Source of the DNA: Gemmatimonadota bacterium
GTDB taxonomy: Bacteria; Gemmatimonadota; Gemmatimonadetes; Longimicrobiales; Gaopeijiaceae
NCBI GenBank assembly: GCA_034521595.1
Contig: JAXHMG010000003.1
Location: 3,039,006-3,103,005 of the forward strand
Direction of reading: 5' to 3'
Length of the DNA stretch: 64,000 nt
Position 1 is the stretch's first letter, and each line of letters starts with the position of its first letter. A program made the translations under genes and the position numbers. A model generated the notes under the pieces. It did not search any database and was not told the origin of the DNA. It saw nothing but the letters and a program-made list of their open reading frames with translations. Of the stretch, positions 40,101-50,943 are shown in pieces.

Positions 40101-41523
40101 CTGGATTTCGCGTTCGAGCGGTACTACGAGACGAGCGGGCTCTTCGGGTCAGCGGATCGGTGCCTGGAGCGAGTGGATCAGCTTCGGGAGGCGGGTGTCG
40201 ACGAGGTGGCATGCCTCATCGACTTCGGCGTCGATACGTCGACGACCCTCCAGCACCTCGATCAGCTCGCGCAGCTCCGGGACCGGGCGAAGCAGCAGGA
40301 AGTCGACGGGGAGGGCGGAGCCGCGGGGGCGCCGTTGAGCTTCGCCGATCAGGTTCGCCGTTACGGCGTGACGCACCTGCAGTCGACGCCCTCCCGCATG
40401 CGGATGTTCCTCGCGGAGCCGGAGGGTAGAGGGCGCTCGAGCGCATCGACACGTTGCTGGTTGGAGGAGAGGCCTTCCGGGTCCCATGGCCGAAGAGCTG
40501 CTGGGTGCCGTGAAGGGGTCGCGTGCTGAACGTCTATGGACCGACGGAGACGACGATCTGGTCTTCGCTTCGAGAGGTGTCTCCGGAGGACGCGCGCGAG
40601 GCGGTCGTGCCGATTGGCCGACCCTTGGCGAACACCAGGCTGTACGTGGTCGACGGGGACCTGAGCCCCGTGCCGCCCGGGGTGCCGGGAGAGCTGTTGA
40701 TCGGCGGAGCCGGCGTCGTGCGCGGATATCTGGACCGTCCCGACCTGACCGCCGGAGCGCTCCGTCCGGATCCCTTCCGCGAAGAGAGAGCGCCCGGGTG
40801 TGCCGCACCGGCGACCTCGTGCGGCAGCGAGCGGACGGGACAGTGGACTTTCTCGGAAGGATCGACCACCAGGTCAAGGTCCGGGGGCACAGGATCGAGC
40901 TCGGTGAGATCGATGCGGTGCTCGTCGGCCACCCCGACGTGGAAACTGCTGTGACCGTGGTCCGGGAGCATGGCCCGGGAGACCTCCGGCTCGTGGCGTA
41001 CTACGTATCCGCACGGAGCTCGAGCGAGCTCGAGCCCGAGCTTCGGGAGCGCATCGGGCGGTCCCTCCCCGAGGTGATGGTGCCGTCCACCATGGTGCGT
41101 CTCGACGAGATGCCCATGACGCCGAACGGCAAGATCGATCGCAAGGCCCTTCCCGAGCCCACGGCCGCAGGCCGTGCCAAGACCGTCACGGGTGCAGGTG
41201 CCACGCCCCGTAACGAGTTGGAACAACGGATCATCGACATTTGGAAGGAGGAGCTCGGCGTGGAGCGCCTGAGCATTGACGAGAACTTCTTCGATGCAGG
41301 GGGTCATTCCTCTGGCGGCGTGCAGGTTCGAGTCGCGCACTGCAGGACGCGCTCGGGCGGCGCATCCACTTCACCGACCTGTTCCGGTTTTCGACGGTCC
41401 GCGGCCTCGCCGACCACCTCGGAGACGGTGCGGAGGTGTCAGCGGCGGACAAGGGTGTCGACCGTGCGGAGATGAGGCGCCGGGCCGCGCCGGGGACGCA
41501 CGTCCACGGGGGGGTCGCGATGA
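37130..41523 (+). CDS. NRPS C-A(LLM monooxygenase)-PCP, multiple frameshifts
   Basis: C: MQLGMLY, RHEMLR, PHIVLDAG, MVGLFINTVP; A: LKAGGAYVPID, YTSGSTGRPKG, FDIS, NVYGPTETT, RTGDL, RIELGEI, NGKIDR; LLM: VWTPERHFHAFGGLYPNP; PCP: NFFDAGGHS. Confidence 0.88.
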
Positions 41524-44500
41524 CGAGGGCGGACGTTCCCGAGGGCGCCATCGCCATCGTCGGCATGGCGGGCCGGTTCCCCGGCGCGCAGGATGTCGAC
41601 GAGTTCTGGGAGAATATCCGCGAGGGACGTGAGAGCATCGCCCGCCTCTCGGAGGGAGAGCTGGAGGCCGCCGGCGTCAGCCGGTCCGCGCTCGACGACC
41701 CGCGCTATGTGAAGGCCGAAGCGGTCCTCGACCGGATGGAGTACCTCGACGCCGGCTTCTTCGGGATGAGTCCGAAGGATGCGGCGATCATGGACCCCCA
41801 AGTCCGGCACATCCTCGAGTGTGCGTGGCACGCCATGGAGCATGCCGGACACACGCCCGAACGCTTCGGCGGAAGCATCGGTGTCTTCGCCGGGTGTGGG
41901 GTGAGCTCGTACTTCTGGCCGAAACGTCCTCGCCAACGACGAGCTCCGGGACTCCGTGGGGTTCTTTCTCCTTCGGCATACGGGGAACGACAAGGATTTC
42001 CTTTCCACCCGGATCTCCTACAAGCTCAATCTGACCGGACCCAGCGTCGGCGTGCAGACGGCATGCTCGACTTCGCTCGTCGCCCGTACACTACGCCTGC
42101 CAGAGCCTCCTGAGCTGGGAGTGCGACATGGCGCTCGCGGGGGGCGTGACGATCAATCAGCCCCACGGCCGGGGCTACGTCTCACCAGGGAGGGGGAGAT
42201 CCTCTCTCCGGACGGGCACTGCCGTTCCTTCGACCACCGTGCTGAAGGGACGGTCTTCGGGAGTGGTGCCGGCGTCGTCGTGCTCCGACGTCTCGAGGAG
42301 CGCGATCGAGGACGGGGACACCATCCATGCGGTGATTCGTGGCTCCGCGGGTGAACAACGATGGCTCGGGGAAGGTGAGCTACCTCGCGCCCAGCGTGGA
42401 CGGACAGGCGAAGGCCATCGCGGAGGCCGTCTCGGTGGCCGGAGTCGACGCGGAGACCATTGGTCTCGTCGAAGGCCACGGGACCGCGACGCCCATCGGT
42501 GATCCCATCGAGGTGGCGGCGCTGACGCAGGCGTTCGGTACGCAAACAGACCAGGCGGAGTACTGCGCCCTCGGCTCGGTGAAGTCGAATGTCGGGCACC
42601 TCGACACCGCGGCGGGCGTCGCGAGCCTCATCAAGGCGGTCCAGGCGATCAAGCACGGCGAGGTGCCGCCCACCGTGCACTTCGAGGCGCCGAATCCACA
42701 GATCGACCTCCCTTCGACGCCGTTCTTCATCAACGACCAGACCATCCCTTGGCCCTCGGTCGGGGAGAAGCGAAGGGCGGGCGTGCCTTCGCTCGGCGTG
42801 GGCGGCACGAACGCGCACGTCATTGTCGAGGAAGCGCCCGCACCGCGGCCGTCGGGACAGGGGACGGAGCTGGCATCTCCTGCCCATCTCGGGCCGTTCG
42901 AGAGGCGTGCTCGAGGCCGCCTCCCGCAACCTCGTGGAGCATCTCGAGACCCACTCCGACGTCTCGCTTGCCGACATCTCGTACACCCTCCGTCGCGGAC
43001 GACGCGAGTTCGACCATCGGCGTGCGGTGGTATGCGCATCGCCGGATGAGGCCATCGAGGTGCTGGCCACCGGCCAGGGCGAGCGCCTCGTGGAGGGGGT
43101 GGCCAAGGCGAAGGGCAGGGAGGTGGCGTTCCTGTTCGCGGGGGTGGTGCGCAGTACCCGGAAATGGGTCGCGCGCTATACAGAGCGAGCCGGTGTACCG
43201 GGAAGCGGTCGACCGCCTGCTCGGCTCGTTCGAGCGCGATGCGGACTTCGATCTACGATCCCTTCTGTTCCCCGAGGCGGGCTCCGAGGAGGAGGCCGAC
43301 CGGTTGCTTCAGCGGCCGTCTCGCGCGCTTCCTGCGCTCTTCATCACCCAGTACGCGCAAGCTCGGCTCTGGATGTCCTCGGGTATCGAACCCGTCTCGA
43401 TGATCGGGCACTCCATGGGTGAGTACACGGCCGCCTGCTCGCCGGGGTGTTCGCTCCCGAAGAGGCGCTCTCGCTGGTGAGTCTCCGGGAAGGCTGTCGA
43501 GACGCTGCCTCCGGGTGCGATGACGGGTGTGAACGTGGCCGTCGAAGACGTGGACGTACCTCGGTGACGCGCTCTCGATCGCCGCGGTGGATGCTCCCGA
43601 GCTGACGTTGGTGGCCGGCCCGGTCGAGGCCGTGGAAGCGCTCGAAGCGCGACTCCAGGAGCGGGAGATCGACTTCCGCCGGGTCCATATCGACGTCGCC
43701 GCGCATTCGTCCATGCTCGATCCCATCCTGGAAGAGTTCGGGGCGCATGTCGGGCGGATGAAGCTGTCGGAGCCCGAGCGGCCCTTCATCTCGAACCTCT
43801 CGGGTGCGCCGGTGCAGCCTGGCGAAGTCGCACCGACCCGGACTACTGGGTTCGTCACCTCCGAGCAGAGCCGTGCGCTTCTCTTCAGGCCTGTCCTCCC
43901 TCCTGGGTTCGGAGGCCCGGTGCTCCTCGAAGTGGGCCCCGGACGCACCCTGGCGACGATGGCCAAGCTGCATCCGGATCGCTCGCCGGAGCAGCCCATC
44001 GTTCACTCGTTGCCCCGATCCGGACGAGATGGCCGACGCCCAGGCGTTCATGCTCACGGCCCTGGGCGGCCTGTGGGTAGAAGGCGTGGAGCCGGATTGG
44101 GACACGTTCGATGAAGGCTTCGCCAATCGGCGGGTCCCCCTCCCGGGGTACCCGTTCGAGCGGGAGCCGTATTTCATCGATGCACCGGTGAGCGAGGAGC
44201 GACCTGGCGCGGACGTGGATACGGAGGATGCGGCGCCCGGGTCGGACCGGGAGGACGACGTATCCCGTTGGTTCCACCGGCGCTCATGGAAGAAGGTCTC
44301 CCCGGCGAGCGCTCGCGACATGGCGCGAGAGCGGGTTCTGCTGCTGGCCGACGACGGGGGAAGGGCGCGGCCATCGGTGCCGAGCTCGAAGCCCGTGGCT
44401 GTGAGGTGGTCCGCGTGCGAGCGGGCCGAGACGTTCCGCGAGCTCGAAGAGGGTCAGGGCTATGCGCTGTCCCCGGGCGCGCTACAGGACTGGAAAGAGC

Positions 44501-47353
44501 TCGCGCGCGCGCTGCACGGCGCGGGGGCCATGCCCAGCGTCGTCGTGCATGCGTGGTGCTTCGGTGACACCGACCCGATGCAGTCGGCGGACGACCTCGA
44601 AGCGCGCGCGTTCTACGCTCCGCTTCGCCTCCTGCAGGCGTTCGAGGACGTGACGGCCGGGCACGAGGATGGAGGTCGTGGCCGTGGCAAGCACCGGAGA
44701 GCCGTTGCACGCATTGCTTCTCGGGCCCGTGCGCGTCGCTCCCCGTAGAGCTTCCCTCCGTCCGCACGCGTCTCATCGACGTGGCTCCGGAGACGGACGT
44801 CACTCGCGTTGCGGACGAGATCGCCGCGCGGCACGTCTCAGCGGGTCATCGCGCTCCGGGAGGAAGGACGGTTCGAAGAAGACGTTCGAACGAGTGGACC
44901 TCCCGGTCGGCTCCGGCGAAGGGGTGCCGGTCCGTGAGGGCGGGACGTACCTCATTACCGGAGGCCTGGGCGGCATCGGGCTGGTGATCGCGCGGGCGCT
45001 CGCATCCCGGGGCCATGCGCGCCTTGCCCTCGTGAAGCCGGAGCGGTCTACCCGACGGCGAAGCGCGCTCGGCCTGGCTGCGCGACCATCCGGCGGACGA
45101 CAAGACCTCCAGGGCGATCCGCGAGGTGCAGACGTTGGAGGCGATGGGGGCCGAGGTGGCCGTGTTCGCCGCGGATCTCACGGACTCCGACGCGACCAAC
45201 GCCCTGGCGGAGTCGGTGCTCGAGCGTTTCGGGACGATCGACGGGGTCATCCACGCCGCCGGTGTGCTGGACGACGGTCCGCTCCTGGCCCGGGAGGACG
45301 AGCAGATCCGTGCCGTGCTCGACCCCGAAGGTGCCGGGTGCTGCAGGCTCCTGGAGGAGGCGCTGGAGGCCGCCGGCATCGATCCCGACTTCTTCGCCGT
45401 GTTCTCGTCGAGCAGCGCCGTCATCGGTGCGGCGGGTCAGGTGGACTACACGGCCGCGAACGCCGCCCTCGACGCGTTCGCGGAAGGACGAAGCCGCGAC
45501 GGACGCGGACGCACGATCTCCGTGGCGTGGGGGCCGTGGCGGGACGTGGGGATGGCCGCCGAGCTGTCCGGCACCGAGCGATACAGCGAGGACGTTCTCG
45601 CCGGGGAAGCGGAGAGTGCGAGCGTCGAACATCCGGTGTTCGACATGCGTGTGGATGAAGATGAGGCTGTCGCCTTCCGGGCACATTTCCAGGTCGGACG
45701 CCACTGGATGCTCGACGAGCACAAGGTCCGTGGCGATGGCTGGGTGCTTCCCGGAGCCGGGTACGTGGAGTTGGTGCGCTCCGCGTACCACGAGGCTCCT
45801 CGGCACGGATCCCGGAGAAGATCTCGGATCTCGTGTTCCTCAAGCCGTTCGGCGTGACCGAGGAGGCCTCGAGGGAGCTCGAAGTGCGGGTGAAGCCCGA
45901 CGGGTCGGGCGCCTACGATGTGCTCGTGCGCGGCCGACGCCCCGGCGAAGACGCGTGGACCGAGCACGCCACGGCCCGCGCGACCGGACGCATCGAAGAC
46001 GAGCACGAGCCTCTGCCCGAGCTGGATCGCGTGCGTGCGCGGCTCCCCTCCCCGTCGGCGAACGGGCATACCGAGCACCCATCATGGACTTCGGTCCGCG
46101 CTGGACGAACGTGAACGCGTCCAGCGCCATCGGCAGAGAGGCCCTGCTCAGCCTCTCGCTCCCGGCTGAGTTCAGGGCCGACCTGGAGTCCTTCCGGCTC
46201 CACCCCGCGCTGCTCGATAAGGCGACCGCCGGAGCCCAACACCTGTTCGAGGAGCTCGGCACCGGTGAGGGCGCCCTCGTGCCCGTCGGGTACGGAGCGG
46301 TGCGGATGATGGGCGCCTTCCAGCCGGAGATGGCCAGCCACGTCACGCTGAAGGAGATCGACGAGGCCGGAACCTTCGCCAGCTTCGACGTCCTCGTCTA
46401 CGACCGAGAGGGAGCCCCGCTGGCGGCGATCCGTGACTTCAGCATGATGCGGGTGACCCAGGAGCAGCTCTCTCATGCGCCGCCCGAGACGGAAGCTCCG
46501 GGCTGGTCGAGAAACGCCGTCGGACCCAAGGACGGTGCGGAAGCGTTCCTTCGGATCGTCGACAGCGGCCTTTCCGGGCATGTGCTGGTCAGCCCCAGGC
46601 CCATCGCCGCGCTCGTCCGGGAAGCGAGCGAGGCGACGGCGAGCGTGGCTTCCCGCAAGAAGCCCCGCAAGGCCAGCTCCCAGGTAGACGTTCGGCCCGT
46701 GGAAGAAGCTCTGGAGGAACACGATGCCGTGGCCGAGGCGGCCGTGCTCGCGGCCTCCGACGTGGACGGCGGTGTGAGACTGGTGGCCTTCGTGGCGTTC
46801 GGTTCCGGAGAGCACGCGACGGTCAGCGAGATTCGCCGCCACGTCCGTGGGCGCGTCGCGTCCGAGCTCGTGCCCAAGAACTTCGTGGAGCTCGCCGAGT
46901 TGCCTCGGGACGCGGAGGGAAGGCTGCTCCGTGCCGAGCTCCGAGACCCGTTCGCGGAGGTCGACGATTACGTGGCCCCACGCACCCCGACGGAGGAAGC
47001 CCTTGCCGCGATCTGGAAGGATCTCCTGGGGCTCGATCGGGTCAGCGTCCATGACAACTTCCTGGATGTCGGAGGACACTCGCTCGTGGGCATCCGCGCC
47101 ATCGCTCGGACCGAGAAGGAGACCGGTGTGCGCCTTAACGCGAATCAGCTCACGCTACAAGACGTTGGCTCAGCTCGCCGATGGCATCGAGAAGGAAGGC
47201 GGTGGCGCGGCTGCGGCGGACGGGCCACCGGAAGAGGAGCGGACCCTCGCCGAACCGGTGCCCGCGGGATCGGCGTTCGAGGACGAAGAGTCAGCTTCCA
47301 GCGACGAGGGGGGCTTCCTGTCCCGCGTCAAGAAAGCCATCGTGGGACGATGA
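41520..47353 (+). CDS. Type I PKS KS-AT-KR(DH)-carrier domain, multiple frameshifts
   Basis: AIVGMAGRFPG, VQTACSTS, EGHGTAT, KSNVGHLD; AT GHSMGE and AAHS; KR GGLGGIG, GQVDYTAAN; DH WMLDEH..VLPG, HPALLD; carrier NFLDVGGHSL. Confidence 0.88.
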
Positions 47354-48120
47354 ATCCATTTTATTTCGGTCCTTCCGACCGACCGCTATACGGTGTGTTC
47401 AGCCAAGCGCGTGGCGTGTCCACCCGTCCTCGGGCGGTGCTGCTATGCTACCCCGTGCTGGGCGAGTACCTGAGGGCGCACCGGGCGTTCAGGCAGCTCA
47501 ACAACCTTCTGAATCGGGAGGGGATGAGCGTGCTGCGGTTCGACTACTCCTGTACCGGCGACTCGGCCGGGGCGGGAGAAGACGCCCGCCTCGACGCCTG
47601 GATCGACGATATCGGGTGGGCTGCCGACGAGCTGAAGGACATGGTGGGGCTCGACGAGCTGTCCGTGGTTGGACTGCGATTCGGCGGAACGCTGGCGGTC
47701 CTGGCCGCGGAGAAGCGACCGGATGTCCGGCGGCTCGTGCTCTGGGACCCCATCGTCTCGGGTGCGGACTTCGTGCGGCAAGCGATCGGTAACCGCCCGG
47801 TTCCGCCCGACGAGACGGTGGGCGTGGAGGGCGTGCCGCTGACCCCGGCCCTGCGCTCCGATATCGAGCAGGTCGATCTGGTCGACGTGGCGGGGACTCG
47901 AGATCGCGTGACCGACATCGTCGTCTCGGAGAGTGACTCGACCTACGGACAGCTACTGGAACGGCGTCGTACCGACGGGGAGGAGGTTTCCCTGGAGGTC
48001 GTGCCGTCGTCGGGGAGCTGGACCAAGGCGGATCCGTTCGGGTCGGCTTACATTCCCGAGCAGATCATTCGTACTATCGTGGACCGGCTGAGTGGAAAGC
48101 GGGCAGGAGTGGCTTCATGA
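47350..48120 (+). CDS. Alpha/beta hydrolase-fold protein, similar to exosortase A-associated hydrolase 2
   Basis: AVLLCYP, VLRFDYSCTGDSAG, VGLRFGG, LVLWDPIVSG; ATGA overlap with PKS. Confidence 0.8.
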   Translation: MNPFYFGPSDRPLYGVFSQARGVSTRPRAVLLCYPVLGEYLRAHRAFRQLNNLLNREGMSVLRFDYSCTGDSAGAGEDARLDAWIDDIGWAADELKDMVGLDELSVVGLRFGGTLAVLAAEKRPDVRRLVLWDPIVSGADFVRQAIGNRPVPPDETVGVEGVPLTPALRSDIEQVDLVDVAGTRDRVTDIVVSESDSTYGQLLERRRTDGEEVSLEVVPSSGSWTKADPFGSAYIPEQIIRTIVDRLSGKRAGVAS

Positions 48121-48646
48121 GAGAGCGTGCGTTGACATTCGGGCCGGACGGGATCCTGGTGGGCGTGCTCACCGAGCCCGTGCCGGACCGTGCCGTGTCC
48201 AGGCGCTCCGGCCCACGTCATACTGAACTCGGGCATTCTGCACCGCGTGGGCGCGAGCCGCATCTACGCTCTAGATCGCGCGTGGCCTCGCCGAACGGGG
48301 CTTCACCACGCTGCGCTTCGACTTCTCCGGTGTGGGTGATTCCGGGGTCCGTCGTGACTCGTTGCCCATCGAGGAGCGCTTCGTGAGGGAGACGCGCGAG
48401 GCGATGGACTACCTCGGCGGCGTCAAGGACATCGATCGATTCATATTGGGCGGCCTCTGCTCGGGGGCTGACGGTGCGTTCTGGACTGCGCTAGAGGATC
48501 ACCGGACCGTGGGTGTCTGGCAGATCGATCCGTTCACGTACCACACGCCGGGGTATTACCTCCGTCTCTACGGACCCAAGCTGCTCGACCCGAGGGCGTG
48601 GTTCCATTCCATCCGGGTACGACTTCCCGAGCGGTGCGAACGGTGA
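48117..48646 (+). pseudogene. Alpha/beta hydrolase similar to exosortase A-associated hydrolase 1, frameshifted and 3'-truncated
   Basis: LVGVLTEP, LNSGILHRVG, LRFDFSGVGDS, GGLCSGAD; ends after SIRVRLP. Confidence 0.72.
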
Positions 48647-48660
48647 TGAAGGAGCGTCCA

Positions 48661-48865
48661 GTGGGATCGCTCGCCGAGCGTGAGCCGGAGATGGCGCGCC
48701 GGAGCAAGGCGGTGCTGGAGGAAGGGTACCGGTACGACGCCAGCCTCTTCCCGGTGACGCAGCATCCGACGTACGGATATCCCGACGCTCCGCCCGATCC
48801 TCATCCTGCCCTACGGACTCGTGCGGTCGGGCCTACGCCAGGCCGAGCGGCGCGGCGCTCCCGGC
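48661..48865 (+). pseudogene. Remnant of polysaccharide deacetylase, paralogous to 58128..58967
   Basis: LAEREPEM / RRSKAVLE / EGYRYDASLFPVTQHPTYGYPDA / LPYGLVRSGLRQA blocks joined with intervening parts missing. Confidence 0.75.
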
Positions 48866-48983
48866 CGGCTGGCCATCACATTGCGGTCGGCGTGCGTTGC
48901 AGAGTTCGCGATAAGCTGCGAGATTGGCCGGCGGCTCTCCTCTTCCATCTCGCGACGACACCTCGTCGTTCAAGGGAACGACC

Positions 48984-50378
48984 TTGCAGCTCGAATTCGT
49001 AAATCATGCCGGCTTCCTGGTGGAGACCAATGACGTCGTCCTCCTGTGCGATCCCTGGATCGAGGGCTCTGCCTTCAACGGAGGCTGGGAGTTGCTGGCA
49101 CCGACCGCGCTCCGCGACGAGGACCTCCACCGCGTCACGCACATCTGGTTTTCGCACGAGCATCCGGATCATTTCAGCCCCGCTGACCTGAAGCGGATTC
49201 CCGAAGAGATTCGTAGCCGGATCACGGTGCTTTTTCAGGCGACCGAGGACCGCAAGCTAGCACGGTTCTGCGAAAAATTCGGATTCGCAGAGGTCCGGGA
49301 GATGCAGCCCCACACCTGGTATCCGCTCAACGGATCCGTCGAGATGCTCTGCAACCCACTGCCGACGGAGTGGGATGCGGATTCGTGGATGTGCCTGCGC
49401 GACGGCGATCGGACTCTCTTGAACATCAACGACTGTGGGGTGGACGAACCCGGGATCGCCCAGCAGATCAAGGATGAGGTCGGCGCAGTCGATGTGCTGA
49501 TGACCCAGTTCTCATACGCGGCGTGGACGGGAAACCCCGAGGACTCGCAGCAGCGGGGCGAAGTGGCGAAAGGAATCCTCGAGAACATCCGACTCCAGAT
49601 CGAGGTGATCCAACCCCGTCGGGTGATCCCGTTCGCCAGCTTCATCTGGTTCTCGAGCCGGGCGGCCTACCACCTCAACGCGGACGTGAACCGGATCGAC
49701 CGGGTGGTGGACTTCATCGATGCTCAGACCGAAGCCGAAGCCGTGGTGCTGTACCCCGGAGATCGTTGGAACGTAGGGGAGGAGCATGACACCCAACGCA
49801 GCGTTTCACGGTATCTCCAAGATTACGAAAATATTCCCTCGATCGAGGCGCTGCCGATTCCTCGCACCGTGCCGGAGACGGAGCTGTTCGAGGCGTCCGA
49901 GAGCTATGTGGCCCGACTTCGTGAGGCGGTAAGTCCGCTCCTCATTCGCCTCGATCAAGCTGTCGACGCGGGCAAGGAGCTCGGGACCACGGGGCGATTC
50001 CTTCGGCTTTTCAGGAATCCCGAGCCTGGTCTGATCCATGTCGAAGATCTCGACCGGGTCTACGCGTTCGATCCCGTTCGTGGTCTTCGACCCGTCGAGG
50101 TCTCCGCTGAGGCATGCCACATTCGCACCGATTCGGACTCGCTGCTGTTCGCGCTGAAGTTCCTGTGGGGTGGTGAGAGCCTGCTGATCAATGGACGGTT
50201 CGTCGAGTTGAGGGCCGACGGGGAAGACAGGCTCGGCGCGACCGCTGACAGAGTGTTCCGCCAGTTCAGGCTGGGTCGTAGTCTGGACCTGGGGCGGGAC
50301 CTGAGTTGGACTGCGGCCGTGCGCTCCGCCGGACGGCGCCTCCAGGACCTGTTCCCTGGATTCGAAGCGAGGACCTGA
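48984..50378 (+). CDS. Metallo-beta-lactamase fold protein (UlaG / CMP-NeuAc hydroxylase-like)
   Basis: FVNHA, LCDPW..GSAF..GW, SHEHPDH, LNIND, QFSYA, IPFAS. Confidence 0.82.
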   Translation: MQLEFVNHAGFLVETNDVVLLCDPWIEGSAFNGGWELLAPTALRDEDLHRVTHIWFSHEHPDHFSPADLKRIPEEIRSRITVLFQATEDRKLARFCEKFGFAEVREMQPHTWYPLNGSVEMLCNPLPTEWDADSWMCLRDGDRTLLNINDCGVDEPGIAQQIKDEVGAVDVLMTQFSYAAWTGNPEDSQQRGEVAKGILENIRLQIEVIQPRRVIPFASFIWFSSRAAYHLNADVNRIDRVVDFIDAQTEAEAVVLYPGDRWNVGEEHDTQRSVSRYLQDYENIPSIEALPIPRTVPETELFEASESYVARLREAVSPLLIRLDQAVDAGKELGTTGRFLRLFRNPEPGLIHVEDLDRVYAFDPVRGLRPVEVSAEACHIRTDSDSLLFALKFLWGGESLLINGRFVELRADGEDRLGATADRVFRQFRLGRSLDLGRDLSWTAAVRSAGRRLQDLFPGFEART

Positions 50379-50529
50379 GCGGGCGCTACGGCCTTACCGC
50401 GTGCCACCTGATCCTGACTCGCGCAGGAGCGCCCGGGCTCCTTCCAGGCCCTTCGCCAGGCCGACACCCATGAAAAGCCCGACTGCGGCGCCCAGCGGCT
50501 CGAGCCCGCGTCCTCGACTGACCGGCGTC

Positions 50530-50932
50530 CTATGTCGTTGCCGCCAACTGGGCCAGGGAGCGGAAAAAGAAGTCCCGGGGATCGAGGGCGCGGCCGCTCC
50601 GCTCTTCGACCTCGACGGTCGCCCGAATCGACAGGAGCGAATGCCCGCCCAACTCGAAGAAGTTGTCGTGGCGTCCGACCCGCTCCACTTCGAGCAGATC
50701 CCGCCATACGTCGGCGATCACCGATTCGAACCCGGGCCGGGGCGCCTCATAGCCTCGCTCCGCCAACCGTCGGCGGATCTCCCCCGCGAGGAGCGACCTT
50801 CCTGGATTGAAGCTCACGTAGGCGACCAGCCGGTGATCGCCTTCGGCCCCTTTCGCCTCGACCACGGCCTGGCGCACCTCTTCGAATCGCTCCAGCGCAG
50901 TCTCGATTTCGCCCAGTTCGATTCTGAATCCG
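50530..50932 (-). pseudogene. Fragment of NRPS A-domain C-terminus plus PCP
   Basis: GFRIELGEIETAL..RLVAYV, then VWRDLL..NFFELGGHSLL; A9-A10 segment missing. Confidence 0.72.
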
Positions 50933-50943
50933 GCATGAAGGGG

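Noticed and set aside
37130-47353. Programmed frameshifting in the NRPS/PKS
   Set aside because: Shifts are numerous, lack consistent slippery sites and also affect unrelated neighbouring genes
45262-48120. Apparent PKS-hydrolase (thioesterase) fusion ORF
   Set aside because: Caused by a frameshift near 47160; the PKS ends KKAIVGR* at 47353 overlapping the hydrolase ATG, and the duplicate shows the same junction
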